A stretch of 63,842 nucleotides of DNA, the filler included, from Octopus bimaculoides (Eukaryota): NCBI RefSeq assembly GCF_001194135.2. It is 9 parts of 9 records of this genome, joined end to end, with 100 filler letters (N's around TTAATTAATTAA, not from the genome) between each part and the next. Parts side by side here need not be neighbours in the genome. Positions count along the whole stretch, not along the records: positions 1 to 9,415 come from NC_068983.1; positions 9,516 to 25,797 come from NC_069002.1; 7 more parts are not named here. One strand, written 5' to 3'. Below are positions 1 to 11,945 of the stretch, piece by piece. Position numbers and translations under genes: made by a program. The notes under the pieces are model-generated. The model was not told the origin of the DNA and searched no databases. It saw only the letters and a program-made list of their open reading frames with translations. Every line of letters begins with the position of its first letter. Within the stretch, counting starts at the first letter, position 1.

Positions 1-306
1 CGTGCAAGTGGCCGAGCACTCCACAGACACGTGTACCCTTAACGTAGTTCTCGGGGATATTCAGCGTGACACAGTGTGACAAGGCTGACCCTTTGAATTA
101 TAGGCACAACAGAAACAGGAAGTAAGAATAAGAGAAAGTTGTGGTGAAAGAGTACAGCAGGGTTCGCTACCATCCTCTGCTGGAGCCTCGTGGAGCTTTA
201 GGTGTTTTCGCTCAATAAACACTCACAATGCCTGGTCTGGGAATCGAAACCGCGATCCTATGACCGCGAGTCCGCTGCCCTAACCACTAGGCCATTGCAC
301 CTCCAC
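1..306 (-). mobile_element. tRNA-derived SINE, local family A (cut by window start)
   Basis: Minus strand begins GTGGAGGTGCAATGGCCTAGTGGTTAGGGCAGCGG...GTTTCGATTCCC (A/B-box-like head). Closely similar to copies at 20665, 21827 and 48462. Confidence 0.85.
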
Positions 307-334
307 CCCTTCAATTCTAACTAGCTAGTATTGC

Positions 335-900
335 GATTGTTCTTCCCGCCACCCAAATTAGCGAAATACGAATTTTCATGTCATCACTTTATAAGACCCG
401 CGTCTTGCTCTGCTTTTAACTTTATTTTGTTGTTACCTGCTCTTCATACAATCGTCTGTTACTTTTTAACTTTTTTGAAGTCAGAAAACAGTTTTTGTTT
501 TTGTTTTGTTCACGTCTTCTTGCTATTCGTACCAGTTTTAAATTGTTCTTTACTCGATATTTCTGTAATCCAGCGGTCGATATTTTATTCTACTTTTCTA
601 GCTGAATAAGGCATCTACTTCCCAATAGTTGTAGAAAATATATCTCATTTCAAATTTATTTGTTTTTCTGTTTAATTTTGGCTGTTCATTTTTGCCCAGT
701 CTAAAATACTAAGATAATTCTGTTTTTTTTGGGGGGGGGGGCAGTAAAATGCATTAATACATCGATAAGATAGCTTTCTAGCTTCTTTCACTTGTGTGTC
801 TTACAATTTGTCTAGTTCATTGATTTCTACGCATATGTCTGTGTTTGCTTTAGTTTTCTGTTTTTCTCTCTAGCTTGATATTGTAATTTTCTGTTCAAGT
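335..900 (-). mobile_element. Possible decayed pre-RT fragment of a Dong/R4-clade LINE
   Basis: Stop- and frameshift-riddled translation with QKLFSDFK / SNRRLYEEQ-like peptides, resembling the QNRLF.TNQK.FY.EL segment upstream of the R4-clade RT. Confidence 0.3.
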
Positions 901-904
901 TTGC

Positions 905-2210
905 CTTGCTAACATTGTATGCAAATCTAGTTAGCAGGGATGTTATCCAGAGGTTTGGTGAAAACAAGTCTCCTCAAATCTCAAGAATATTTCTTAGGAA
1001 TACAGGTCGCCTCCTTTTTGCTGGTCAACAATGCGTGCTTCAATTTCAATTTTCTTCAGCCGCTAATGCAGCAATTTGGATATTGTACCGAGTGCATCAA
1101 TTATCGCGGGAACAATGGTCAACTTTGTCTTCTACAATCTCTTCATCTTTCTGTTTATGTCTTGATATTTCTCAATTTCCTCAATTTCTTTCGTATCCAC
1201 TCTATTATCATATAGTATTGCAAAATCTATAATCTTACGCTATTTGTTCTTCCTGTCTCTTGCGGCCATATCTCATCTCTTTGTTTCAAAATTACGGTCA
1301 ATCTTTATGGAGAAATCCCATAAAATCTTACTATTAGCATTTACCACAGGAAATTCTGTCTCGTTCATATTACTTTCTAAAATTCTATTGCAGTCTTTTA
1401 ACAACACAATGATGTGTTGTTACTTATACTCTTTCTTTGTGCTGGCTTACTGCACTCACTCGAAATACTTTATACTTTTGTTCCCTTTTCTTCACATTCT
1501 GCGTTTGATCTGTGACTGAGTTTTATCAATCTTTGTCTTTATCAAATTCTTTTTAATGACTTGTTCCTAAGTAACTGTAATTAGTGATTCATTTTCTCGC
1601 TTCAGTTTGCATCTATCCACCAAGAACCAGCACTTTCAGTTTATTATATAAATGGATCATGTAATTCCTTCTATTTCTAGCAATTTCTCTTGTCGTTCTG
1701 TTTTCTTTTTTGAATTTTCTTATTAATTCAACGACCTTTTGGTTATTTTACATTGCGGTTTGTTTTCCTTCTTCACTATGCACGACATAGCTTTTCAAAC
1801 ATAGAATCGCAGTGCCAGTAGTAGAGACAGTTGATATCGTTTTTAGAGTTGTGTGCATTATGCGCAGTAAGCAGTTGCCTTCTATTTTGTTTTTCCATTC
1901 CTCCATTGTTTTTGTCTGTTTTGTCCAATTCAAAGATGAGAAGAATATCTCAACACAAATGACTGTCCATTGATTCCTCTGATATCACTTCCATCTGATT
2001 TTGTTTCAAGCACTTCCCCAATCGTTCCCTGGTACTCTTTGGAGACTTTCTCATTCCTTTCCCCATTACCTTATCGTCTTGTAGCACCTCTGAGTATTTG
2101 TACCCTTCATTATCTCTCAACGATGCAACGATCTCATCTTCTAGTAATATTGTACCTTCATATCTAATCTTTCGACCCCGCTTCATAATTAAAACTGCAC
2201 AGCTCTGCAA
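905..2210 (-). mobile_element. Decayed Dong/R4-clade non-LTR retrotransposon, 3' part (RT end, CCHC knuckle, restriction-like endonuclease)
   Basis: Interrupted peptides in the expected order: CAVLIMKRGRKIRYEG...EGYKY; ECSK..KKEYK; KILWDFSIKIDRNFETKR.DM; EIEKYQDI...IVPAIIDALGTI. Confidence 0.8.
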
Positions 2211-2399
2211 GGAATATACTTTTTATTAATATTTGTGCTTCATCTTGATGCGCAAATGAACATGACAGCAAGGGAATAGGTAGTCCTTTTATCCTTCCGC
2301 CCTTCAGAGCAAAAAAACTAAATTACCTTTTGAAAATGCAATTTTCAAACAGTATTTTTTGCACATTCTCCTATCCACCTACCAAATTGAACACCTCCA

Positions 2400-2548
2400 A
2401 ATAATTGAAAATGGCGTCGCCTTTGCTAACGATTTGAGAAGAGAGAGAAGCTGGAGGTAATTCAAGTAAAAACAAAAAGTGGCCATCGAAACACTGCGAC
2501 TTCTCTTCACTCAAAAGAACTTTCTTCCTCTCACTGCCACCAATACTC

Positions 2549-2605
<57 letters not shown>

Positions 2606-3763
2606 TCCGCTTACTTTCGATACATAATCTCAGTGGCTCGCTTGTTGAACAAGTCGAGTTAGGTCCGTTTACGACCAGAAAGGTAATAACAACGGCTGCA
2701 GTTATGATGAGGATAAGGACGATGTCGATGGTGCTAATGATGGTAATGACGATGATGATAAGGATGATGATGATGGTTGTACAGACGAGGGTGTCGACGG
2801 TGCTAATGTTGATGGTGACAATCATCATCATCATCATCATAATCATCATCATGGACACAGTGAGAGTAGTAATCTACTTGAATCTGCAGTCGAACGTTGA
2901 ACGTCGAAGCTATTTTGCTCTTGCTTGTTTTTTTACAGTTTCTTCATCTAATGTCATTTAAGCACCACGGTCAGCCTACCTGGATATAGAATAAAGAATA
3001 ATCGATGAGTTGTGGATGACAGGAACAACAAGGTTTAAAAATTAATTAAATTTTTGAAAGCCATCTGTCGAGAGAAATCACTTTGGAACTTCATTAATTA
3101 CAAGAGACGACGACGACGACTTTAGAGAACAACAATTATTTCTGCCGAACAGAATCAATGTCTTATGTCAGAAGCATTTTAGTTTGATTAGAAAACGAGG
3201 CAAACCTATAAATGTATTTTCTGACCTGCCAGCTTGTTAAAGTACAATTATCAGATATTTATAGGAGGAGAAGAAGAAATAAGGAAATTGCAATAGCCAC
3301 GTCTAACCAAAGAATTTCTTAAAATCATTGAAGTGGAACAACTACAGCCATTAATTGAAATTGAAATTAGTTCACAGCATCGATTCTGAGAAGCTACTCA
3401 TTATAAAAACGGTTTTGTTGTTGGTGTTGTTGTTTTTGTTGTTGTTATTGTTGTTGTTATCCTCCGAGCATGTCTGTGTCGAATTTCGATTAACTGACGG
3501 TTTGTTGTTATCAGACCCGTTCCGGTTCTTTTTTCGAGATTTGCAGTTGTCGTCCCTGCCTGTTGTCTTGAACAGATTTAACCCTTCATTCAATGTTGAC
3601 GCCTTGTAAGTACAGCAGTAGCCTCGGCAAATTATAGTTGTCTTGCTCTCACCGCATTAAAGGTATCAGTCTTTACTTTTCCTTCATACTTTAACGAATA
3701 TAGAATTTCAATACAGAAGAATTATTTTGTTTACACTTGTGCGCGCACATATATATGCACACA

Positions 3764-3810
<47 letters not shown>

Positions 3811-4060
3811 ATGTGTGTTCCCTTCTACTTTTAATTATTTAAAGACAGTGAGAGAGATGCCGGTTTGTCAAATACCATAAAGCAAAAATACTTGATTCAT
3901 TAAAAATTATTTCCACCTCCCGAGGATGTATTATAATTACAAAATGGCAACCATGATTCGCTCCACTTGAAATGGGGAGATAATCTCAAGGCTCAAGAAT
4001 TCTTCGAAACTGTCATACCATTAAGGAAAAGAACAGTGTTATTGTTGGAAGGTAAGCGGA
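2400..4060. promoter_or_regulatory. Transposon-poor, CpG- and trinucleotide-rich segment; possible promoter or 5' UTR region
   Basis: No recognisable TE. AAAATGGCG (about 2408) and AAAATGGC (about 3941) YY1-like motifs; donor-like GAG|GTAATT (2457), AAG|GTAAGC (about 4050) and minus-strand CAG|GTAGGC (about 2980); ACT, GAT, CAT and TTG repeats. Inference only. Confidence 0.25.
2549..2604. repeat. (ACT)n microsatellite
   Basis: Direct reading; source of the poly-T and poly-V ORFs. Confidence 0.97.
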
Positions 4061-4794
4061 CAGTCGTGGACACTTGTTTCTGCTTCAATAGCTTTCATCA
4101 GCATGACAATTGTCTGACTTCATTTACAGTATCCAAAGGTCTTAGACTTATACAAAACAGAGTAGAAAATAGTTACGGCTAATTAATTTGCATAATCAAT
4201 ACGATAATTGAGCTAAGAACCAAAACGACATAAGAGAAACGAGACTAAATTCAGATATCAAAGTCACCTCTCTGTTTAACTGTTTAATTCACTTGTGACG
4301 TATCTCTTGTTCCACTGTATCCGTTACAGTTCATATGCAAAAGCGAATAGCGTAGTACTTTGGAAGTTGGGATCACGATCATCTGGGAGAATGCTTGATT
4401 CTTTAAATAGGTGGCGCTTTGAGTAAAACACATACTTTCCTGTCATTTTAGTTTACTCAAAATAAAGTAACAACTGAGGAGAGGTGGGATGTTAATCCTA
4501 CGACCAGCTGATACCATATATTCTCAGTCACTTACACAGCATGGCAACCATTTAACACTAATTAGAGTCCTTAGTTGGTTATAAGGTCATATATTCTGAA
4601 GAGAAGAGCAAGGAGATCGTACAATGTTCATGCGTTTCTCAATGGCTGTTAAGAATCTGAATAAAATAAAACGATTGCAATCGGCAAACTACAAGTCAAT
4701 CTACTCGACCATAATTTCTAAATTCATAACCAAAAGTTTAAGTCGCCAATTCTATGGATAAAATTGACCGCCATTGAAGAAACATGAAAATATA

Positions 4795-5013
4795 TATTCT
4801 TTCCTACTCTAGGCACAAAGCCCGAAATTTTGGGGGAGGGGGTCAGTCGATTAGATCGACCCGAGTACGCAACTGGTACTTAATTTATCGATCCCGAAAG
4901 GATGAAAGGCAAAGTCGACCTCGCCGGAATTTGTACTTAGACCGTAAAGACAGACGAAATGCCGCTAAGCATTTCGCCCGGCGTGCTAACGTTTCTGCCA
5001 GCTCCTCTCCGCC
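4795..5013 (-). mobile_element. tRNA-derived SINE, local family D
   Basis: Minus strand GGCGG.GAG.AGCTGGCAGAAACG head and GTCGACTTTGCCTTTCATCCTTTCGG..TCGATAAATTAAGTACCAG body, repeated more than 10 times in the window. Confidence 0.85.
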
Positions 5014-7321
5014 TTACATGGAAAGATATATTGTTATGTGAGCAAGTTGTTACAAACAGTCACAAACTGAGCAAAAATAATTTATTAAATTTAATTTCAT
5101 CATTCTACGCACGGACTTTCGAGAACACCAAGTCGACTTTGTGCTTCATCTACCATGGATGGGGGGTCTATAAACTAAGAACCAATAATCTATTACGGTA
5201 GATTTAATCGAAAATATTTCTCTTTTAATGTTGCTCCGTAAGAAATATAAATATAAAATGTTACGATACCACATGGTTTGTGACGTCATTATTTTGCTAA
5301 TATCATTGTAGCTTTGCATATATTTTACGTGCTTTCGGGCCATCAGGGATATTTAATTGACCTGATAATGGGATAATGGTGAGGTGAATAAAACTTCCGG
5401 ATCATCCGTTTTACTTGGCTATACACAGTCGGAGACAGCAATGACGTGACCGGTTAATAACAATGTACTTTCACTCGCTGGCCTATGTAAGATAGAGGTT
5501 TGATATTAGTGGTGATAAGCAGGTTAACTGCTTGTTTTTTTTAAAGTAGGTATGATAGTCATGGGATAAGTTTTTGCAACGGTAAAACATCTGTAAATTG
5601 AAGAAATGGATATTGGCAGTATAAGGTCAGTTATAATGGTATCAATTCGTCTCTCCCCCACTCTAAAACATTAATTACTGCAAGGGTGATATTGTTATCA
5701 CATCAAAATCAGGCTTGATCAGTTCAGAGTTATTCTCAGAAATTATGTGCGTTAGCTTGCCTTTCTGAATTTGAAAAAATGGAAGTAAACGACAGAATGC
5801 AGAAAATGCTATGATTTAAATTAGACTCATAGATAATAAAGAATCGCATAAGCATCGCATTGAAACATAAGAGTGTCTTCAACCAGGTGATCCGAACCTT
5901 AATGCTTTTATCGAATTTATTCCATAACTCGAAATGCTTTCTAAATTTCAGACGACTGAAAAACTAGAAGAGTGACCTTGACGATATTACTGCGATTATG
6001 TCGATGGGAACAAGTACAAACCTGATTTTAAATGTCACATTCCTGAATTTAAGTTTACAGTATCAAAATGTTCTACATTTGGTAAATCTTTTATTAAATG
6101 TGTTTGTGGGGGGGGGGGGNNNNNNNNNNNNNNNNNNNNNNNNNNNNNNNNNNNNNNNNNNNNNNNNNNNNNNNNNNNNNNNNNNNNNNNNNNNNNNNNN
6201 NNNNNNNNNNNNNNNNNNNNNNNNNNNNNNNNNNNNNNNNNNNNNNNNNNNNNNNNNNNNNNNNNNNNNNNNNNNNNNNNNNNNNNNNNNNNNNNNNNNN
6301 NNNNNNNNNNNNNNNNNNNNNNNNNNNNNNNNNNNNNNNNNNNNNNNNNNNNNNNNNNNNNNNNNNNNNNNNNNNNNNNNNNNNNNNNNNNNNNNNNNNN
6401 NNNNNNNNNNNNNNNNNNNNNNNNNNNNNNNNNNNNNNNNNNNNNNNNNNNNNNNNNNNNNNNNNNNNNNNNNNNNNNNNNNNNNNNNNNNNNNNNNNNN
6501 NNNNNNNNNNNNNNNNNNNNNNNNNNNNNNNNNNNNNNNNNNNNNNNNNNNNNNNNNNNNNNNNNNNNNNNNNNNNNNNNNNNNNNNNNNNNNNNNNNNN
6601 NNNNNNNNNNNNNNNNNNNNNNNNNNNNNNNNNNNNNNNNNNNNNNNNNNNNNNNNNNNNNNNNNNNNNNNNNNNNNNNNNNNNNNNNNNNNNNNNNNNN
6701 NNNNNNNNNNNNNNNNNNNNNNNNNNNNNNNNNNNNNNNNNNNNNNNNNNNNNNNNNNNNNNNNNNNNNNNNNNNNNNNNNNNNNNNNNNNNNNNNNNNN
6801 NNNNNNNNNNNNNNNNNNNNNNNNNNNNNNNNNNNNNNNNNNNNNNNNNNNNNNNNNNNNNNNNNNNNNNNNNNNNNNNNNNNNNNNNNNNNNNNNNNNN
6901 NNNNNNNNNNNNNNNNNNNNNNNNNNNNTTTAAACCATTAGTCACAATAAAGGTAAGGAAAGTAATTAACTAAAATCTTTTTTAAGGAGCTTTACTCTTG
7001 ATGAGGAAAATGGTACATTTTATTAGGCATTTGTGTGAAAGGTAGATGGAAATGCCAGAATGTGTGGGAAACTACAATAATTGGTGTAAAGGAAATTATT
7101 TGTTCAAATTCTTTTCTAACTTCAAATACTGATCGATATTTCATTCTCTTTCTGAAATGAGTCATTTTAACTAAATTGGATTTAAAAGTTGCATTTCATT
7201 AAATAATGTCTGACAATGCCCGCGAGCATCATAATAATTACTTTTGTACATAAGAACTATATACGAAACCATCTCATTGTAATCCAGAATCAAATGAATT
7301 TTCTAAATGGCTGCAACAGTA

Positions 7322-7795
7322 GTAGCTGTGTGCAAAGAAATTTGCTTCCCAGTTACATGGTTCTGGGTTCAGTCCCACTGCATGACACTTTAAGCAAGTC
7401 TTCTACAACAAGATGTCCCAAAAGTCATAAAGGGGTCTAAAATTTTAATAAATTTGTTGTAATTATATTTTTTAATTTGTAGTATAGAAGATGTGATTTT
7501 TCACACCTAACGTATATATATTTCCTATATACGACTTTTGAGACACTCTGTATAACCACGAGCTAACCAAAGCCTTGTGAGTGGACTTGTTTGACGGAAA
7601 CTGAAAGAAGCCCGTCGTATGTGTATGTGTGTGCACGTGCGCATGCGCGGTGTGTGTGTTTGTATTTGTGCTCATCCATTACCACCGTTTGATAACCGGT
7701 GTTGGTGTGTTTACGTCCCCCTTAACTTAGTTGTTCGGCAAAAGAGCCGATAATGTAATTACCAAGCTTAAAAGAAAGTACTGGGTTTGATTCAT
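7322..7795 (+). mobile_element. tRNA-derived SINE, local family B, interrupted by a MITE
   Basis: Head GCTGTGTG..AAG...GGTTCAGTCCCACTGC; body resumes CCAAAGCCTTGTGAGTGGA...GGAAACTGAAAGAAGCCCGTCG at about 7560. Confidence 0.8.
7409..7550. mobile_element. Tc1/mariner-type MITE
   Basis: Imperfect TIRs CAAGATGTCCCAAAAGTC / GACTTTTGAGACACTCTG, followed by TA; splits SINE-B at its TA site. Confidence 0.6.
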
Positions 7796-8471
7796 CATCT
7801 GGGTTGTTAAGTGTGGTGAAGCAACCTTCCATCTATCGGGTCCTCAGTTTGCGGATAGGGGAATGGTCAGTGATCTGTTTTGGAAGCAATGACCAAAATT
7901 TTCTGTCACAGATATTTGAATCAAATTGACATTTTTATATTATACAAATATTTTTAAAATATAAAAAAATCACATTTTATATTAAGGGCGTTCTGTAATT
8001 TGAAAAAGTATAAGATATTAGTTTAATAAATGTAGAAAACTATGCGTGTGTTATCTTTTCAGCATGTTTCTGATGGAAGCAGAACGTCAACTTGCTTCCT
8101 TTTTCCTATGTAAGTGTTACATAACAACGTAAGGTTATATCATAGGCATTGCGAATTGACAGAAATTTAATCTTAGCGCATAAGTATTTATTAGCATCTA
8201 AAACTATTTGTTATCAGCTCTTACTAGAAACAAAATTGTCTTTGTGGCATTTTTATAGGAAAAAATGTTAAAATATTACACTAAAAAGGATGCAACTGCT
8301 TGTCGTTTCATGTTAATTCCGACAAGAACAGTCTGAAGCCTGTTGTCATGTAGTTTATATCAATTTTACAGAACTTTAGAAGAACGATCTTATGAAAAAT
8401 AAGTAATATTGTTTCAATTTTGTTTCTATAATTTTAAAGGGAGGCATTGCTGCTATGGACTGCACGCCTAT

Positions 8472-8507
<36 letters not shown>

Positions 8508-9206
8508 TTAGCCGTGAATACTCAGTTAGCAGTGCCGGATAAAGTTGTGAGTTGCCCTTTGGCAAGACATACTACCCTATTGCCGCCCGGCCAGTATCAC
8601 GGTGAAATCCTGAAGCTCTGAAATGAGCAAGAATGCCACTATCGTTGGAAAGAAGAATGGTTAGAGGGAATGAAATGCAAAGCATACTTTACACAAATTA
8701 CACTTTTATGAATCTTGGTCTGGAATATCCATCAGTTTCACTGGCACTGCAATCGTCTACAGGACCTGCGACTATAAAGCATTTTAATATAATGCCTTAT
8801 GGTTACATACTTTTATTCGAGTAGGGTCGCCTCGACCCTAAAGACAAAAGCGAACGAAACCGAGAATTGTTTTCTTGTTCACAAAATTTCTGATATTTCT
8901 TTATTTCTCTTGAAAGTCTAATACAAAGAAGCAAATAGCAAATGTCGACATTTTCTGTTTGACATTTCAAATAACAGTAATAATTGATGTGTGATGGACA
9001 GACTTTTTCTTCTGTTTAGTTTAAAGAGGAAAAAAACAATATGAAGTTTTTGAGAGATTCATGCTCTCCCAAGTGTATTAGCTACGCAATAGAAGTGAAA
9101 TGGTTCCAGGAGAAAATCGAAGGTCATATTGTGCGCTCACTTCACCGATAATGTATCAGTCTTTCAAATTACATTACAAAGGTAATCTAGAGAACAATAT
9201 CGTTGA

Positions 9207-9240
<34 letters not shown>

Positions 9241-9415
9241 ATTATTATTATTGTTCAGTAGTTTTATTTTTCTAACGTGCTTTCACTTCACTACCAAGCG
9301 CAGCTCTGTGTGCCTTGGGTATGTGCTGTGGTTTGCTGTGATGCTCGTATGGTTACTATATTGAACGTGTTTTGCGTAGGATGTGTGCAGTACCCAGTGC
9401 AGTACCCAGTGCAGT

Positions 9416-9515
9416 NNNNNNNNNNNNNNNNNNNNNNNNNNNNNNNNNNNNNNNNNNNNTTAATTAATTAANNNNNNNNNNNNNNNNNNNNNNNNNNNNN
9501 NNNNNNNNNNNNNNN
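9416..9515. other. Artificial 100-bp scaffold gap: N44-TTAATTAATTAA-N44
   Basis: Same 12-mer inside N runs at 9460, 25842, 41593, 44618, 48329, 59972, 61551 and 62712. It gives stops in all six frames and is an assembly linker. Confidence 0.95.
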
Positions 9516-9569
<54 letters not shown>

Positions 9570-10473
9570 CGTATATATTCCATTAGTGACGTTCAATTTC
9601 ATTTCATTGACAGTTAATGCTGACTGTTTTTCACTTTCACGTTCTGATCTTTAACCGAAAGATTTTGTTTATTTCTTTCACTTTGTGGGTCATAAACTGA
9701 ATGATTTACCGACATCTGGATCGCTCTATTTCTAGGCCTTTATATTTAGAATAGCTTCTTCATATCCTTGAGATATATATATATATATATTGTCGTCCTT
9801 TGAAACTGATATGCCAGTTAGAAACCATTTCTTTCTTTACCTGATGATATTTGGCAATATTTCTGGACGATTAGCTTTAAACTGCCTGAGCGGTGAATAA
9901 TCATTATTCACTTCCGGTTTCTTCAATGCTGTCAACTAACGTGCCACGCGGAGCTTTTTCTTGCCAACATCTCAACACATTTTGTTATTCCATTTTCTCA
10001 GCACAATTATGAGTTCTTTTCATAATTTCTGTTGTTCTTTCTTCCATTCTCTTCACAACTTCTATTCCATATTCTTTGGCTTCGTTGAAGACAGAAAGAA
10101 ATTCTTTGTTTTGTTTAATTTTTTTTTTCTTTTTAGCTTTTTCTATGAGATATTCCTTACGGTATGTTTTTGTAATCCTACAATAAATATTTCATAATAC
10201 ATTTTTAGTTGCAAAAGACCTCCTATCTACTTACATCTTCGTATTTAAAGTAAATATATTCTTTCTGTTTTCGTATTCGGATGGCGTATTCCAAATACAC
10301 TCATTATTTTCCATGTTTCTCTACCTAACATCACTAATTCGATTGCCAGTCGAAAATTCTATATACTAAACCAAGAATCCTGTTGTCGTCTCTGTCCATA
10401 AAGTTATAGTTTTGGTGTCACTTTGACCCTGTATCAATTTCTATTGTATAATATAATTCATTAAAACAAAGTA

Positions 10474-10686
10474 CAGGGTGTCCACAAAGTCTGGGTTAAA
10501 GGGGATCTACACATACTTTAAGAAATTATTATTTTTTATATTTAATTGTTTATGTTATGATTTTATTTACTCCATGTACCCACATGGGGATTTACACATA
10601 CTTTAAGAAATTATTATTTCTTATATTTAATTGTTTATGTTATGATTTTATTTACTCCATGTACCCAGACTTTGTGGACATCCTTG
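10474..10686. mobile_element. Tc1/mariner-type MITE with internal tandem duplication
   Basis: TA|CAGGGTGTCCACAAAGTCTGGGT ... ACCCAGACTTTGTGGACATCCTTG|TA. The approximately 83-bp interior is present twice (10501-10583, 10586-10667). Confidence 0.85.
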
Positions 10687-10690
10687 TATA

Positions 10691-10800
10691 CTGCGGTAGG
10701 TACCACGAGAGAAATTGTCATATTGGCTTTTGGTGTAAAATGCACTCTTGTTTATATCGCTAGCGGCGAGATGAATTCCCGCCACCTCCGACGCCGACCA
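10691..10800 (+). mobile_element. Unclassified dispersed repeat starting TA|CTGCGGTA (copy 1)
   Basis: Shares ATATTGGCTT.TGGTG.AAAAT.C.CTCTT.TTTATATCGCT with 62048 (+) and 18560-18711 (-). Confidence 0.6.
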
Positions 10801-10981
10801 TGCTAGAGCACCACCTTAAAGGGTTTTAGTCGAGGAAATCGACCCCAGGATTTATTCTCTGTAAGCCCTGTATTTATTCTAGCGGTCTCTTTTGCCGAAA
10901 TGCTAAGTTACGGTGACGTAAACACACCAGCACCGGTTGTCAAGCAGAGTAGGGGGGACAAACATAGGCACAAAGACACAC

Positions 10982-11033
<52 letters not shown>

Positions 11034-11232
11034 NNNNNNNNNNGAGAGAGAGAGAGAGGCATATACATATATACAACGAGCTTTCAGTTTCCGTCTACCA
11101 AACCACTCACAAAGCTTTGATCGGCCCGGGGCTATGGTAGAAGACACTTACCCAAGGTCCCACGCTGTGGGACTGAACCCAGACCTATGTAGTTGGGAAG
11201 CAAGCTTCTTACCACACAGCCACGCCTGCGCC
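10795..11232 (-). mobile_element. SINE family B with internal (TA)n/(GA)n tract
   Basis: Near full-length match to other B copies; head ends GGCGCAGGCGTGGCTGTGTGGTAAG on the minus strand. Confidence 0.88.
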
Positions 11233-11274
11233 TGCATTTTTTTTCATCAGTCGGCAGAAGTTACGGGCGCCAAT

Positions 11275-11472
11275 ACAGAGGTCCCGATGCATCTCCGTAA
11301 CGATGTGGAGGGGAGATAATCTAACTTTACCAAAATTACTGTTGAAGTTTTAGGGTTAGGATTAATTTAAGAGTTAGTTTTTAGGGTTAGGGTTATGTGA
11401 AGTCACAGTAGTTTTGGTAAAACTGGATTACCTCCTCTTTGTATCGTTACGTAAATGCGTCGGGACCTCTGT
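11275..11472. mobile_element. Inverted-repeat element with a TTAGGG-like core
   Basis: Imperfect approximately 68-bp arms (11275-11342 and 11405-11472, ACAGAGGTCCCGA.GCAT...TTACCAAAA.TACTGT) enclosing TTAGGGTTAGGA and TTAGGGTTAGGGTTA. Confidence 0.65.
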
Positions 11473-11896
11473 TACGTCGGTACCAAGTTACGGAGTGCCT
11501 CAAGAAACGAGGGTTTCATACATTGACACTTATCAAACACTTACAAAAACCGATATAATTTAATCTCTGTTTAAATTCTGTCCTTTCTCAAAACTGCATC
11601 TAAAAACCAGGGCATTTTAATCGCATTATTCTATCAGCAAAATCGGAAAGAGATCTATTTCCGGCTAGCATGCAGGAAACAAAAAGAAAAGAAATTACAT
11701 GCACACACACACACACACACGCGATCCATTGGTGTTGCTATATCTATGAACATTCTTTTAATTTCCAACAGATGTCTACTTAACCATCATTAGATTTTCC
11801 CTATAATTTTTCTTAGTAGATGGAAGATTTTATAAATTGCTCGACGGCTGTTTGCCTTTATTCAATTTGTCTGAAAAATATTCTGGGCGTGAAGGG

Positions 11897-11945
<49 letters not shown>

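Noticed and set aside
2479-2961. Poly-Thr/Met/Ile/Val ORFs and other homopolymer or dipeptide ORFs (poly-K 49204; YI, CV, HT and LS repeats)
   Set aside because: Translations of microsatellites; no coding evidence.
5760-5980. Possible mariner transposase N-terminal relic
   Set aside because: Similarity too faint to support by eye.
5998-6973. Long ORFs through N runs (also 11830, 13584, 17697, 19504, 20889, 23006, 32719, 45417, 47025, 55767)
   Set aside because: They are open only because N codons contain no stops.
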